Assembly (NCBI GenBank): GCA_013202285.1
Contig: JABMRV010000057.1
Location: 1-46,771 of the forward strand
Length of the DNA stretch: 46,771 nt
Direction: 5' to 3'
DNA from: a bacterium
Lineage (GTDB): Bacteria; Electryoneota; AABM5-125-24; Hatepunaeales; Hatepunaeaceae
In this document: positions 30,401 through 42,400 of the stretch, piece after piece
How positions within the stretch are numbered: position 1 is the first letter of the stretch
Layout of the letters: the number at the start of each line of letters is the position of its first letter
Program-made: the position numbers and the translations under genes
The notes under the pieces: model-generated
Told to the model about the DNA's origin: nothing
The model's database searches: none
Seen by the model: only the letters and a program-made list of their open reading frames with translations

Positions 30401-33400
30401 CCACCTGTGATAGTGGTCGATCCTCAAGCCATCGAAGCACAACTCGCATTGAACGAGCAGGATGAGTATGTCGTTACCATAGCCAATGAGGGCGGATCGA
30501 ACCTTATCTGGACGACTGAATTCGATCTCATCCGGGAACCCAATCGTGATAACCGCAATCGCAACCTGCGGCGTGTCGGACCGCAGTTGCGTCAGATAGA
30601 GGCTCCCTCTGCCGCGTTGCAGGACAGAGTCAAGCAAGGCAATGCGAACTTACTTGACAGAATGAAATGGGAGAACTATGTCTCGCGGTTGGAAACGGAT
30701 GCAGACCGACCGCGAAGGGACCGCCGCAACAATCCCGACGGTTATGGTTATTACTGGATCGACAGTGATGAACACGGCGATCCGGAATTCGATTGGATCG
30801 ACATCAGTCAGGAAGGTCAGAGATTGAACGCCAGCGATGACTGGAACAGCGGCGTTATCAACCTGGGATGGGATTTCCCTTGGTATGACAGCGAATACAG
30901 CGCCATTCGCGTATGTTCCAACGGCTGGATTACATTCGATAGAGATTACTCAGGAACCGCCGTCGATCTACCGCGACCACTGAACGAGGCTGCACCGAAT
31001 GCTGTTCTGATGGTCAACAACTACGATCTTAATCCCGCCCAGGGCGGAGAGATGCGCTACTGGACAAATCATGCCGATATGGCAGTCGTAAGTTGGACGG
31101 ACGTACCTCTCGACCGGAATGCCGGTGTGATAACCACATTCCAGGTGATCCTGTATGCGGATGGTTTCGTCAAGTTCCAGTATGGACCTCAGCAGAACTC
31201 AGACGGTTCACGCAGCAATATCGGCTATGAGAGCCCCGACGGGCAATATGGTGCGAGTATTATCTACCGGGAAGGCGGTCGAGTCCATGCGGGACTGGCG
31301 ATCCAGATAGTTCCAGCGCTCGCAACTGAGCGCGGCTGGATTTCCTACAATCCTACCGGAGGTGTGGTTGACAGGAACGACATGCAGGAGATGATCGTCT
31401 CATTGAACGCCGAGAATCTGGATCTGGGAGATTATGTGGCGGACATTCATATTTTGTCAAACGATCTCGATAACAGTGATGTAACGTTCAACGTATTCCT
31501 GCAGGTCGGAAGTGTTCCCGACATAGTAGTTGATCCAGAGGCTCTTTCACTCGGTGAGGTCGAAGTCGATGGCAGCGGCGATTCGACGTTAACCATCAGC
31601 AATATCGGTGATGAGATTCTCACCATAAGCAACATGTACGTCGAAGGGAACTACTTCAGTATCGATTATAATGACGATCAACTGATTATTCAACCGGGCG
31701 GCGAGTATGAACTGACGGTGACGTTCAGTCCCGTTGCCATAGCCGAGCTCTCAGCAGCGCTGTTTATCATCTCCGACGATCCGAATGAGGGCGAACTTGT
31801 CGTTCCCCTGACGGGAGTCGGGCTCGGTGAAGGCTGGGTAATACTCGATGATAATGATCCGGTAAATATCACCACACATCTGAGCGACTACTACTCACGA
31901 ACGTCGTTTACCTCTGCCGGTACGTTCGAGCTTCGTCATCTTCGCATCATGCCCTTCAATGCTGGTCCGAATTTCGATGCTCCGTGCTTCATTTACCTTT
32001 TCAATGAGGACGAAGATCATAACCTCGATGAACGTATCTGGACTTACAGGATCAATCGTCTTGAAGCATGGAATGTTAATGATTTCGACGCCAACTGGAT
32101 AACGCTCACCATACCGGAAGCGTTCTGGCACAGGTTCACGACAGGTGAATCGTTCAGCATCATCTATGGAGCGGCTCCCGGTGGAGAGTTCGTCGAACAG
32201 GAGGGCTACGGCTGGTGGAACCTGTACGATGTGGAAGCTAACGCTCATCGCAGCTATGTTTCGACGTCGCTGACCAACGACCATCGCGTCTGGGAAGATG
32301 GCGAGCTTGACGGCGATCTGTTCATCCGCGCCGGAGGTATCTATACCAATACTATCCCCAACCGTGAACCGGTTTGGGTGGACGTGCCTCAGCCAATCCA
32401 GGTCGATGATGGTTCGCTGATTGAATTCACTGTATTCGGTGAGGACGAGGATGAAAACGAAATTCTCACCATCGAATACTTCTCCCGTGACCTGCCCGAT
32501 GCCGTGGACTTCACCGATCACGGCAACGGTAGCGGTACGTTCTCATGGCATACAACGTTCGATGACGCGGGTGAATACTTTGCCATCTTCACACTCAGTG
32601 ATGGAGAACTGGAAACGCAGACTGAAGTCCCGATTACTGTGAATGACGTTAATCGCCCACCGATCTGGATCGATCCTCCCGAATCGGTCGTCGTCGATGA
32701 AGGTGAAATCCTCGTGGTTGACATGCGCAGCATCGACACCGACAGAGATTCCTTGACAGTCGTTGTCGATCTGGGTGATCTACCCAACAACGTGGTTCTC
32801 GATCCTCGCGGCAGCGGGAGAGTGCTCCTGATCTGGGAGCCCGGCTTCGAAGATGCTGGGATTTATCCGGTATCATTTACTGTTTCAGATGCCGAATTCG
32901 ATGTGACCGCTGAAGTAGCGGTAGTAGTTCGAGATGTAAATCGCCCGCCCGTGTGGGTTGAATATCCTGAGAATAACACAGTGGATGGCTATGTCCAGCA
33001 GGATCTGAACATCATACTGCAAGCTGTCGATCCTGAGGGTGGACAGGTGCAATACCGCTGGGAATACGCCGCTGATCCACCTGCCGATCCGCAGGTTGAA
33101 ACCGCGGTCGTCGCTGAAAGGTTCGATTTCACCATGTCGCCTACTCTTCGAGAGTCCGGTGAATACTACGTGCGATTTATTGCTTCTGACGGCGAGACTG
33201 AATCAGCGATCATAATACTTGTCAATATACGTCCCGACCATTATATCATCCGTCCCTCAGGTGCGGCTCACATACTGTTGCTCGATCGGGTAGTCTATTA
33301 CGGCGAGAGCCTTGTCGAAGGCGGTGAAATCATCGGTGATGTCACCTTCGATGAGATCGGTGTGTTTACGCAGGAGGGTATCGTCTGCGGCGCCTTCCGT

Positions 33401-36400
33401 TTCAACGGTGAAAGTGAGAGAGCTTTGATAATCGCCTGGGGTGATTTCCGTTACACTGAAGACATTGTTGAGGGCTTTATACACGGTGAAGAGTTCACCT
33501 TCTATTACTGGGATCACGATCTGGGACTTGAATACGACGTGCGCCACGCCGTGAGAGCCGGTGCGACGAGATGGCGCTGGAACGGCTTCACACTGATGCA
33601 GTTATTCATCGGACCCGATCTTACACTGCCGATAAATATCCCGTTCGACGGGGAAATCTATCATCATGACTTCGGGGACGCATTCATTAACAATCAGGTT
33701 AACTGGGATGTCACGTTTACTTCGAGTGGTTCCGATCCGGTTGAAAACCTTGTACTTGAATTCAACGGTGCAGGTTTCAGTGTCGATGACAATGGACCGG
33801 TCGATCTCGCTGTCGGCGAGGAATGGAATGTCACCGTCACATTTGAACCCCAGGGTGTGGGCGATTTTGAAGCAACCCTGACGGCTCGCAACGATGATTT
33901 TGATTTCCTCACAATACAGCTTACAGGCGTAGGCATTCGTGTGAATCACTTTGTTGACTTCGAAATCACGGGAATTTATCACCGCATCGAAATACTTCGT
34001 GCCACCCTGCAGGGAGACACCCTCGAAGAAAATGATGAGATAGCTGTCTATACTCCGGGAGGAGTCTGCGCTGGTGCAACAGTGATCGGCGGAGCAGGTC
34101 CCTATTATCTGTCCGCCTGGGGAGACGATCCCGAAACGGGTGATGTGGATGGTTTCACTGCTGATGAGGAGTTCACCTTCAAGTTCTGGGACGACTCCGA
34201 TACGCAGGAATATGAGGCGAGAGCTGTCCTCGTCAATGGATTACCGGTATGGACTGAGGAAGGATTTTCAGTCGTATCGCTGAGTGTGAGCGATCAACAT
34301 TTCAACTGGATCGAAACCGAGACGGCTCATACGATGAGCATCACCAATGTTGATCTGCGCGGCATTGACGGCGAGGGTAACTGGCTGTCGGCAGGTGACG
34401 AGATTGCCGTTGTAACGCCGCTCGGACTTGTCGTAGGTGGAATCTATATCCAGGGAGACGGACCTTATGAATTCCCCGCCTATGGCGACAATCCGGCGAC
34501 AGATAACGCTGTGGAAGGCTTCCTGCGGGATGAACCGATGTATTTCCACGTCTGGATAGCGGCAGATACAATGGAATACCTCGCCAGAACTGAGTGGCAT
34601 CAGAATGATGTCTCCGAATGGCGCTCGGGGCGCACGAGCCGTGTGATTCTGTCGGTTGTGGACAGCAACATACCACCGCTTTGGCGGCCTCTCGAACGGG
34701 TCGATGGTCGCGAGGGTGTACGCGTTCAGTTCTCGGTTGTCACTTACGATCCCAATAGTGATCCAGTCTCAGTGAGGCTGGTCGAAGCCGACCTGCCTGA
34801 GGATATTCAATTCGAACGTCCAAGTCCGGATGCGGGTACTCTAACATGGATGCCCGGATATGAACATGCAGCTCAATACAGCGCGCTGTTTGAGGCGTAT
34901 GACGGGTGGGATATTGAATATCTCCTGGTCGCAATCCACATTGAGAATTACAATCGTTCACCGGCGTTGGCGAATATCGGTGATTTTGAGATCACCGAGG
35001 GTCAGCCGTTTGCTATCGTTCTTGAACTGCACTCGCCCGAACCTGACGGTGACCAAGTAGAGTTCTCATCGGGCGAACTCCCATACGGCGCCACCATGGA
35101 GGACAACCTGTTCTACTGGACGCCCAATTTTGATCAGGATGGCACCTACGACATCACTTTCCGTGTTACCGACTTCGGTCAGCCACCGGCATACGATGAG
35201 GAAACAGTCACTCTTACGGTTCTTGATTCTAATCGTCATCCGGTTTGGATACCTGTAGATCCGATAACCTCTCGTGAAGGCGCTTTTATCCAGTTCATTG
35301 TGCGAGCTTACGACCGTGATGACTTGTTGGGGCGCGGTGAGGATAACTTGAGTCTGAGCGCCGGTAACCTGCCGAACAGGGGATTGTTCGAGGATCGCGG
35401 CGATGGCATCGGTTTATTCAGCTGGCAAACGAATCGCCTGTCAAGCGGTCAATACCACCCGTATTTCGTCGCCTTCGATGGACAGTACGGGGATACACTC
35501 GTGGTTGACCTGACTGTCCTCAATGCCAATCTTCCGCCTCGTATCGCTAATATTGAATCGCAGGAAGTGATGGTTGGGGATTTACTCGAGTTGCCTGTAA
35601 CTGCTGAGGACAGCGATCCGGGCGATCAGGTACAGCTTGAACTGATTGCCGAAAACCTGCCCGATGGAGCCGAGTTTGAAGACCTCGGTGAGGGTCAAGG
35701 AATGCTCACATGGCAGCCCGATTACGACCAGCGTGGAGTCTATCCGAATGTAAGATTCACCTCCATCGACCCCGACGGTTCGCGTGATGTGGAGTCGGTA
35801 GTGTTTACAGCGCTCATTGTGGATGAAGATGCGCCGGTAATTTCACAGTTCGCGCCTGATCGCGGGGAAATCGTGCGCAATAATGAACCTGCAATTGCAG
35901 CGAATATACTCGATGAACAGAGTGAGATTGAAGAGTTAATCTTCGTGTTCGACAACGAGGCTATCCAGGACTTCGAGTACGACCCGAACAGCGGTAATCT
36001 CCACTATCAGCCGCGACAGGCGCTATCTGAGGGCAAGCATCGTTACCTTGTCAGAGCAGTCGATACATACAGCAACGTCGCTGTTGAGGCGGTAGAGTTC
36101 ATCGTAAACAGCAATGCCGGTGTAATACAGGTGGATTCGCTGCGCGAATTTACCCAGCGAGAGATGATCTCTATCACAGGTTCCGCCGAGCCCTTCCTGA
36201 CAGTCGAACTGTGGCGGAGTAACAGCCTGTTGATGCAGACCGAAGCCGACGAGCGCGGTAATTACCGTCTAAGTAATGTCGCCCTGATCGACGGTCTGAA
36301 CATCTTTGCTGTCCGAGGATGGGATGGTGCGGGTAACGTTGCTCAACCGGCATGGGTACAGACCTATCGCGATGTCGAACCACCTGTCGTTGAATTACTG

Positions 36401-39400
36401 TCACCCGGTCTTTACAGCGCCAGTCAGACTCCACTCATTGAGATTCTAATTGATGATGCCGGTATAGGCGTGAGCGACGGTCAGGGTGAGAACGAGAGGC
36501 TTGGTATCGAGATGACCTTCGACGGTGATTGGATTAATGATTTCACTTTCGAGAATGACCTTGTTTCTTACCAGGTGCAGGACACCCTGACCGAAGGTGA
36601 GCATCTCATATCCATCTCTGCCGTCGATCGTCTCGGTAACTCCAATGAGCAACCGGTTATCTTCAGGTTCTTGGTTGATAGTGAGCCGCCAAACGCAGAG
36701 CACACCTGGTTCAGCCAGGAGGAAGTCGATTCAATATCCAACCGTAAACCTCCGATAACCATTGCAGTACACGACCCTCGTCCTTCGAGTCAGATAGATG
36801 AGGAATCAATATACCTCGCCCTCGATAATGAACCACTTGATTTCGATTGGGTCAGTTTGGACGGAGAGACTGGTTCGCTGACCTATACGTTTGCTGAAGA
36901 TGATTCGCTTGACTTGGGAACCTACGTACTTTCCATAGAGGTTGCGGATCTGGCTGGCAACAGTTTCGCCGCTTCCGGTCGATTCTGCATCACCGAAATA
37001 CAGGATGTAAATCCGCCTTATTTTAGTAACTTCTTCCCACCACCAAGTACAGTTGCAGGCGGCGGCGCCAGGGCGGAAGAAGGCGGTGGTGTAGATGCTG
37101 ACACAATCGCATTTATCATCGGCGATGATGACTCCGGGGTGGATGAAGAGACAGTCTGGGTGATGATAATTGCCCTCAACGACCCCGATGATCCGAGAGA
37201 CAACGACACGACCATCTATGAAGGGGAAGACCTGTTTCTGTCACCGCAGGGACATGCGAGAGTTCCTGTAATGAAACGGCTTGGTGGACTGGCTGATAAT
37301 ATGCCCTCCGAGATGCCCGGACTTGAGGAAGGCTTGAACGAGATTAATGTCTTTGGCGCAGACGATGATGGTAACGAAGGAGGAGAACAATGGGGCTTCT
37401 TCTACGATGATACACCTCCCGATGCACCTCAGTTGGATGAGCCCGAGAACCAGTATGTGAACAGTGACGAATTGACCGTCACCGGTACGACCGGAGGAGA
37501 CTCTCCCGAATACGAGGAGGATTACGAAAACGAAACGGAAGTCCTCATCTACCTGAATGATGAGCTTGCAGCCACCATCGATTCCGATTGGGACTCTGAG
37601 TTCAGTGCAAATCTGACACTCACTGAGGGCGATAACACTATTTACGCTGTTGTTGTTGACGCCGGCGGTAACGAATCAGATCCCAGCAACTCCCTGGAGA
37701 TATTCTTCGACCTTTCCGAGCCTGAAATCGATGATTTCACCGCGGTGAATGGACCCCACCTGGCGACAGGAACTCCGTCGTTTACGGCAACGGTGAACGA
37801 TCAGGGCAGCGGTATCGACGAAGAAAACATAAGCCTTACAATCGGTGAGGCATTGGAAGTGCCGGTGCAATACAATGCGGAGGAAAACCTTCTGACCGCC
37901 CAAGTGAGCCAGGACGACGAACTTGAAGATGGCGAATACACGGCTAATCTGGTAGTTCACGACTTCGCGGGTAATACCGACTCCTCAGATTACGAGTTCG
38001 ATATAGACACCGCACCGCCCGATCCGCCGATAGTGGTGAGCTTTGAACGATACACCGGTATTAACAGGGTGTCGCTTACCGGTGAAGGTGAGATCGGAAC
38101 AGATGTCGTCGTATTCCTTGATGACGAGGAGATTGGCGAGATCCAGCTCGCCGATGCAGTTGAGTTCGAGTTCCAATACACAGCTCAGTCTCTTCCTGAT
38201 ACATCTTATGTCACATTGATAGCAGTCGATGCAGCTGAGACCGAGAGTGATCCAACAGATCCGGAAATGTTGGTCGTCGATACTGACCCTCCGGAATTCA
38301 GCCATACTTCCCCGTACCATGGCGAGATGGTTGAAGCGGAAACTCTAAGTGAGGTCACACTGTTTATCGACGACCCTATTTCGGGAATTGACGCAAATGA
38401 GTTTGAATTTACGCTGCGCGGTGATCCTTTCAACTTTATCAGTACTGAGACGGACAGCGGTTACTGGCTTACGGCGGATGTAAGCGAGGTTGAATTCAAC
38501 AACGATGAAACAGTTGAAGTAACTGCTTCCGCCTGTGATGTGTCATCTCCGGCGAACCTGGGTCAGTTATCCTGGGAATTCATCACCCATTTCAACCAGG
38601 CTCCTGAAGTTCTGCTGCCCGACACCAGCTTCAATGAAGATGAGCAGCTGACTCTCGACATGCATGACTACATCTCCGACAGCGATAACTCCTTCGATGA
38701 ACTTGAGCTGGTAGAGCAGATCCTCGACAACGAAGAATATGCAAATCTTATCTACGACGCTGAGGAAGGCTTCCTGCATCTGTTTGCCGAACCGGACTGG
38801 TTCGGTGACCTGGAGTTGACTGTTCAGGCAACAGATCCGGAAGAAGCTGCCGGTGCTGATACTGCAGCCATCGAAGTTGTGCCGGTGAATGATCCACCGA
38901 GTTTCCAGGATGTTCCTGAAGATGCCTCTATCTTCGTAGGTGAGGAATTTGCTATGCAGCTCAACGCGGAGGATATCGATCCCGATGATGAACTCATATT
39001 CATGTCCAACACCGAGTTGTTCGACGTCGGGGAGAACGGTCAGATACTGTTCACTCCAAGCGATGAAGAACAGGGTCTGCATGTAATCGAATTCTACGTG
39101 TTCGACTTGGAGAACGCCGGTGACACAACCTTGTTCCATCTATATATTACCCTCGAAAACCAGCCGGTTGAACTGATCGGACAGATCGGGGATATCGAGA
39201 TTGACGAGGACGCCGAATCGCTCCTGTTCGTCGATCTGGACGATATATTCGAGGACGCCGATGTGGATACCATCAACTTCCTCATCGAATACGACAGCGA
39301 TGGTATCCTGATCGAAATAGACCTGGAAACAAATGAAGCAACTCTAAATCTCGATCCTGATTTCAACGGCGAGGTTAATGTTACGATAACCGCCGATGAC

Positions 39401-42400
39401 CTGAAAGGATCACAGGCTTCTGACGAGTTACTGGTGAACGTTCTATCGGTGAACGATCCTCCGCGACAGGTAGGCTTGCTGCCCTATTATATCCTGACCT
39501 ACGAAGGTGATGGAGAAGTGATCATCGCTCGTATGGACACTGTGTTCATCGACGTCGATGAGGGGGAGATCGTCTATGATTGGGATGATACCGAGCATGT
39601 CAATGTTGAAATGGACGAAAACCTGGTGCTGAGTGTCATTCCCGCAGACGACTGGACGGGCATCGAATCGTTTATCCTGACAGTGGAGGATGGAATTAAT
39701 CCCGGAGAACGAAATCCGCAGCGTGATGCGGCGACGCTCATAGAGATAACCATCGACGTTCAGCCTGTAAATGAGCCGCCACAGGCGCTAATCGACGATC
39801 CTTATGCAATCGAAATGCTGGAGGATCAGGAACCGCTGGTTATTCAGCCTCCGATCTCCGAGATGTTCATGGATCCCGATCCCGGTGATCAGATCGAGAT
39901 TACCTGGGATGTTCTCGACGGTCCGATCGAACTGTCATTCGATCAGAACGAAGAATATCTCGTCGCTACCATCATTGAGGAGAATTTCAACGGCAGCTTT
40001 GACTATCCGATTACCGCTGGCGATTGGCTAGGCGAGACTGTAACCGTAACGCTAGCGTTCACGGTTCTGGCAGTAAATGACCCGCCGGAAGTAATCCAGG
40101 CGATAGCGGATGTTGAAGTCGATGAGGACGCCGATCCGCGCCGGATTGAGATCGTCGATCTGGATAATATATTCATCGACATCGATGGCGACGATCTGAT
40201 ATTCACCTTCGAAGGCGATCCCGCGCTTCTCAACATGGATGTCGATGAAGATAACATGTTGTTCTTCACCGCTGCGGATAATTTCAATATCCCTGATGGC
40301 GTTGAAATCACTGTCTATGCGGACGATGGTCACGATCAACAGCTCGGAGGAATCTTCGGTCGGGGCGACCCAACCGCAGAGGATGCCTTGCGCGATGCTG
40401 GGCCAGTAAGGGTATTGCGTACAGCCCATGATCCTCAAGAAATAACAGACCGAGATTCGACGCAGGAACGGCAGTTGCGTTCTGTCGATTATTTGTGGAA
40501 GCCGACTGAAGTCGGCTCTCCCGGTTCTACTCTATTTAATCAACCTCGTCGTGATGATGCAGTGAGTACTTCGTTTGTCCTCACCATCAATCCGGTCAAC
40601 GACCCGCCAGTGGTTGTCAACCCAATCGGTGATGTTGAGATCGATGAGGACTACGGAGTCCTTGAAGTCGCCGACCTGAATGATGTCTTCGAAGACCCTG
40701 AGGGTGATGAACTCACCTTCGCAATTCTCGAGGGTATTGAAGAATTGAACCTGACTATCGACGAGGAAACCGGAGTTCTGACACTTGAACCGGCATCGAA
40801 TTATAACGGTGAGTCAGAAGTTGTTATCGCGGCTGACGACGGACACGGTGAGGTCAGGATCTCCTCTACGGTTCAATTCAATGATGGACTGCGGCAGTCC
40901 CGACTTATTCGGGATGGTATGATGCAGCGTGCCATCAGGCGCGTGAAAGTCGCTGATACTGAACGAACGCCAAGCCGTGACCTCGCTGTCGATGACCGGT
41001 TCATGGTCAACATTATTCCCGTCAACGACCCGCCCGGATGGGAGGATACGCATGGTGACAGCATTGAATTCGTGGTAACCGATCTGATAAGCTTTGAGCT
41101 GACAGCATTCGATATCGACGGAGATGATCTCTCAATAACGTTCGACGATCGCAACGGCATTCCTGAAGCTGCGGATTTCACAGATCATGCGGATGGTACG
41201 GCGTCATTCTACTGGCAAACCGGTTATGATGACGATGGCGTCTATGACCCGCTGTTCCGTGTTTCAGATGGCTCCCTCTCCACCCTATTGGGAATCAGGA
41301 TCATTGTTTCGGGAACGCGGGAACAGGTGATAAGCCTGGGTGAAGGCTGGAACATCGCTTCGCTGAACATCGAACCTGCCGAGGAATTCTGGAGCGATGG
41401 CGAAGACCGCGGTCCGGATATCTACTTGATGCTGGAAGCGTTCGTCAACGATAATGACGAACAACTTCTCTTCCTGATAAAGGATCAGAACGGCGATTTC
41501 TGCCTGCCGTCCTGGGATTTCTACGGCATTGATTTCTGGAACACTCAGCATGGCTACTGGATCAGCATGGACGCCGCTTGGGACGCAAGCTGGTACGGAT
41601 CGCCGATACTGGCTTATGCACCGATTGATATAACAGCGGGTTGGAATATAATTCCCTACTATCCCATATACGACCTTGATGCCAGTGAGGAGAGCGATTA
41701 TTATGTTCTTTCTCCAATCATTGAGCATGTACTGAGTGCCAAGGATGCTGTGGGTAACTTCATGTCTCCGGTCAACAACTTCTCGAACATGTCGCCATGG
41801 ACGCCTGGACAGGGCTATCAGCTCAGGGTCGATGAGAATATTACCCTGGAGTATCCTGAACCGCTGGATGAGGCAGGAGTGCGCACTTCATCGGATGTGA
41901 CAGACGGACGCTGGACTGCACCGGTGGCAACGGGTGAGAACATGAGTGTACTGATCAATTCACTAACCGATCATTATTCTTCTGATGGCAACCAGATAGC
42001 TGCCTTCAGTCGATCATCGGGTCGTCTCGTCGGCGTCGGCATAGTTAACGAAGGCTCCTGCGGACTTGCAGTATGGGGTGATGATCCTTATACAGAAGAA
42101 AAAGAAGGATTGTCGGATGGAGATGAGTTCAATCTGGTTCTCTGGAATACCGACAGCGGGGAAGAACTCAACCTGGCACCATTAACCTGGCACATTGGCA
42201 GCGGATTGAACTATACCGCAGATGAGCTAATCGTTCTCGATGCAGTCGTAGAAATTCCGATACCGGATGATTTCTCGCTGTTCCGGAACTACCCGAACCC
42301 GTTCAATCCATCCACACGGATAGGTTTTGAATTGCCGCGAGAGTCAGATGTGACACTGTCTGTTCTTGACATTTCCGGTCGTCTGCTCGAAGTCATAGTC

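Larger units (their letters stand above)
27045..31830 (+). repeat. Array of ASH / choice-of-anchor-D-like Ig domains (three ASH-ASH-Ig sets plus one extra ASH) interleaved with NIDO-like copies 3 and 4
   Basis: A recurrent pattern appears at least 7 times: L.FGEV.VG.S....LTI.N.GN.DL.VS...I.G..F..DF..EF.I.PG.......TF.P...G.....LTI.S.DP. Confidence 0.7.

Noticed and set aside
14591-30740. The resemblance of the R-x-L-R core of the junction motif to the oomycete RxLR host-translocation motif.
   Set aside because: A four-residue match in an Arg-rich context is expected by chance. The position is internal and repeated rather than N-terminal after a signal peptide, and the organism type differs. 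It is noted only as a mnemonic, not as homology.
13265-41320. Whether the regular repeats in the giant ORF could be a CRISPR array, satellite DNA or a mobile-element array.
   Set aside because: The repeats are in-frame, protein-coding and diverged at the DNA level. Their periods (about 126 nt, about 290 nt, about 2.9 kb) correspond to protein domains. There is no direct-repeat/spacer architecture, and no cas or transposase genes are present.
12545-41728. Dozens of antisense and off-frame ORFs inside the giant gene, some long (22484..23347 -, 287 aa; 16586..17212 -, 208 aa; 31895..32521 -, 208 aa; 24713..25324 -, 203 aa; 38567..39139 -, 190 aa; 19808..20353 -; 18146..18679 -).
   Set aside because: All are nested in an uninterrupted ORF that is rich in recognisable domains. 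Their translations are low-complexity and motif-free. Several resemble each other only because they are antisense to repeated sense modules. GAN/GGN/CCN-rich sense codons naturally suppress antisense stops.
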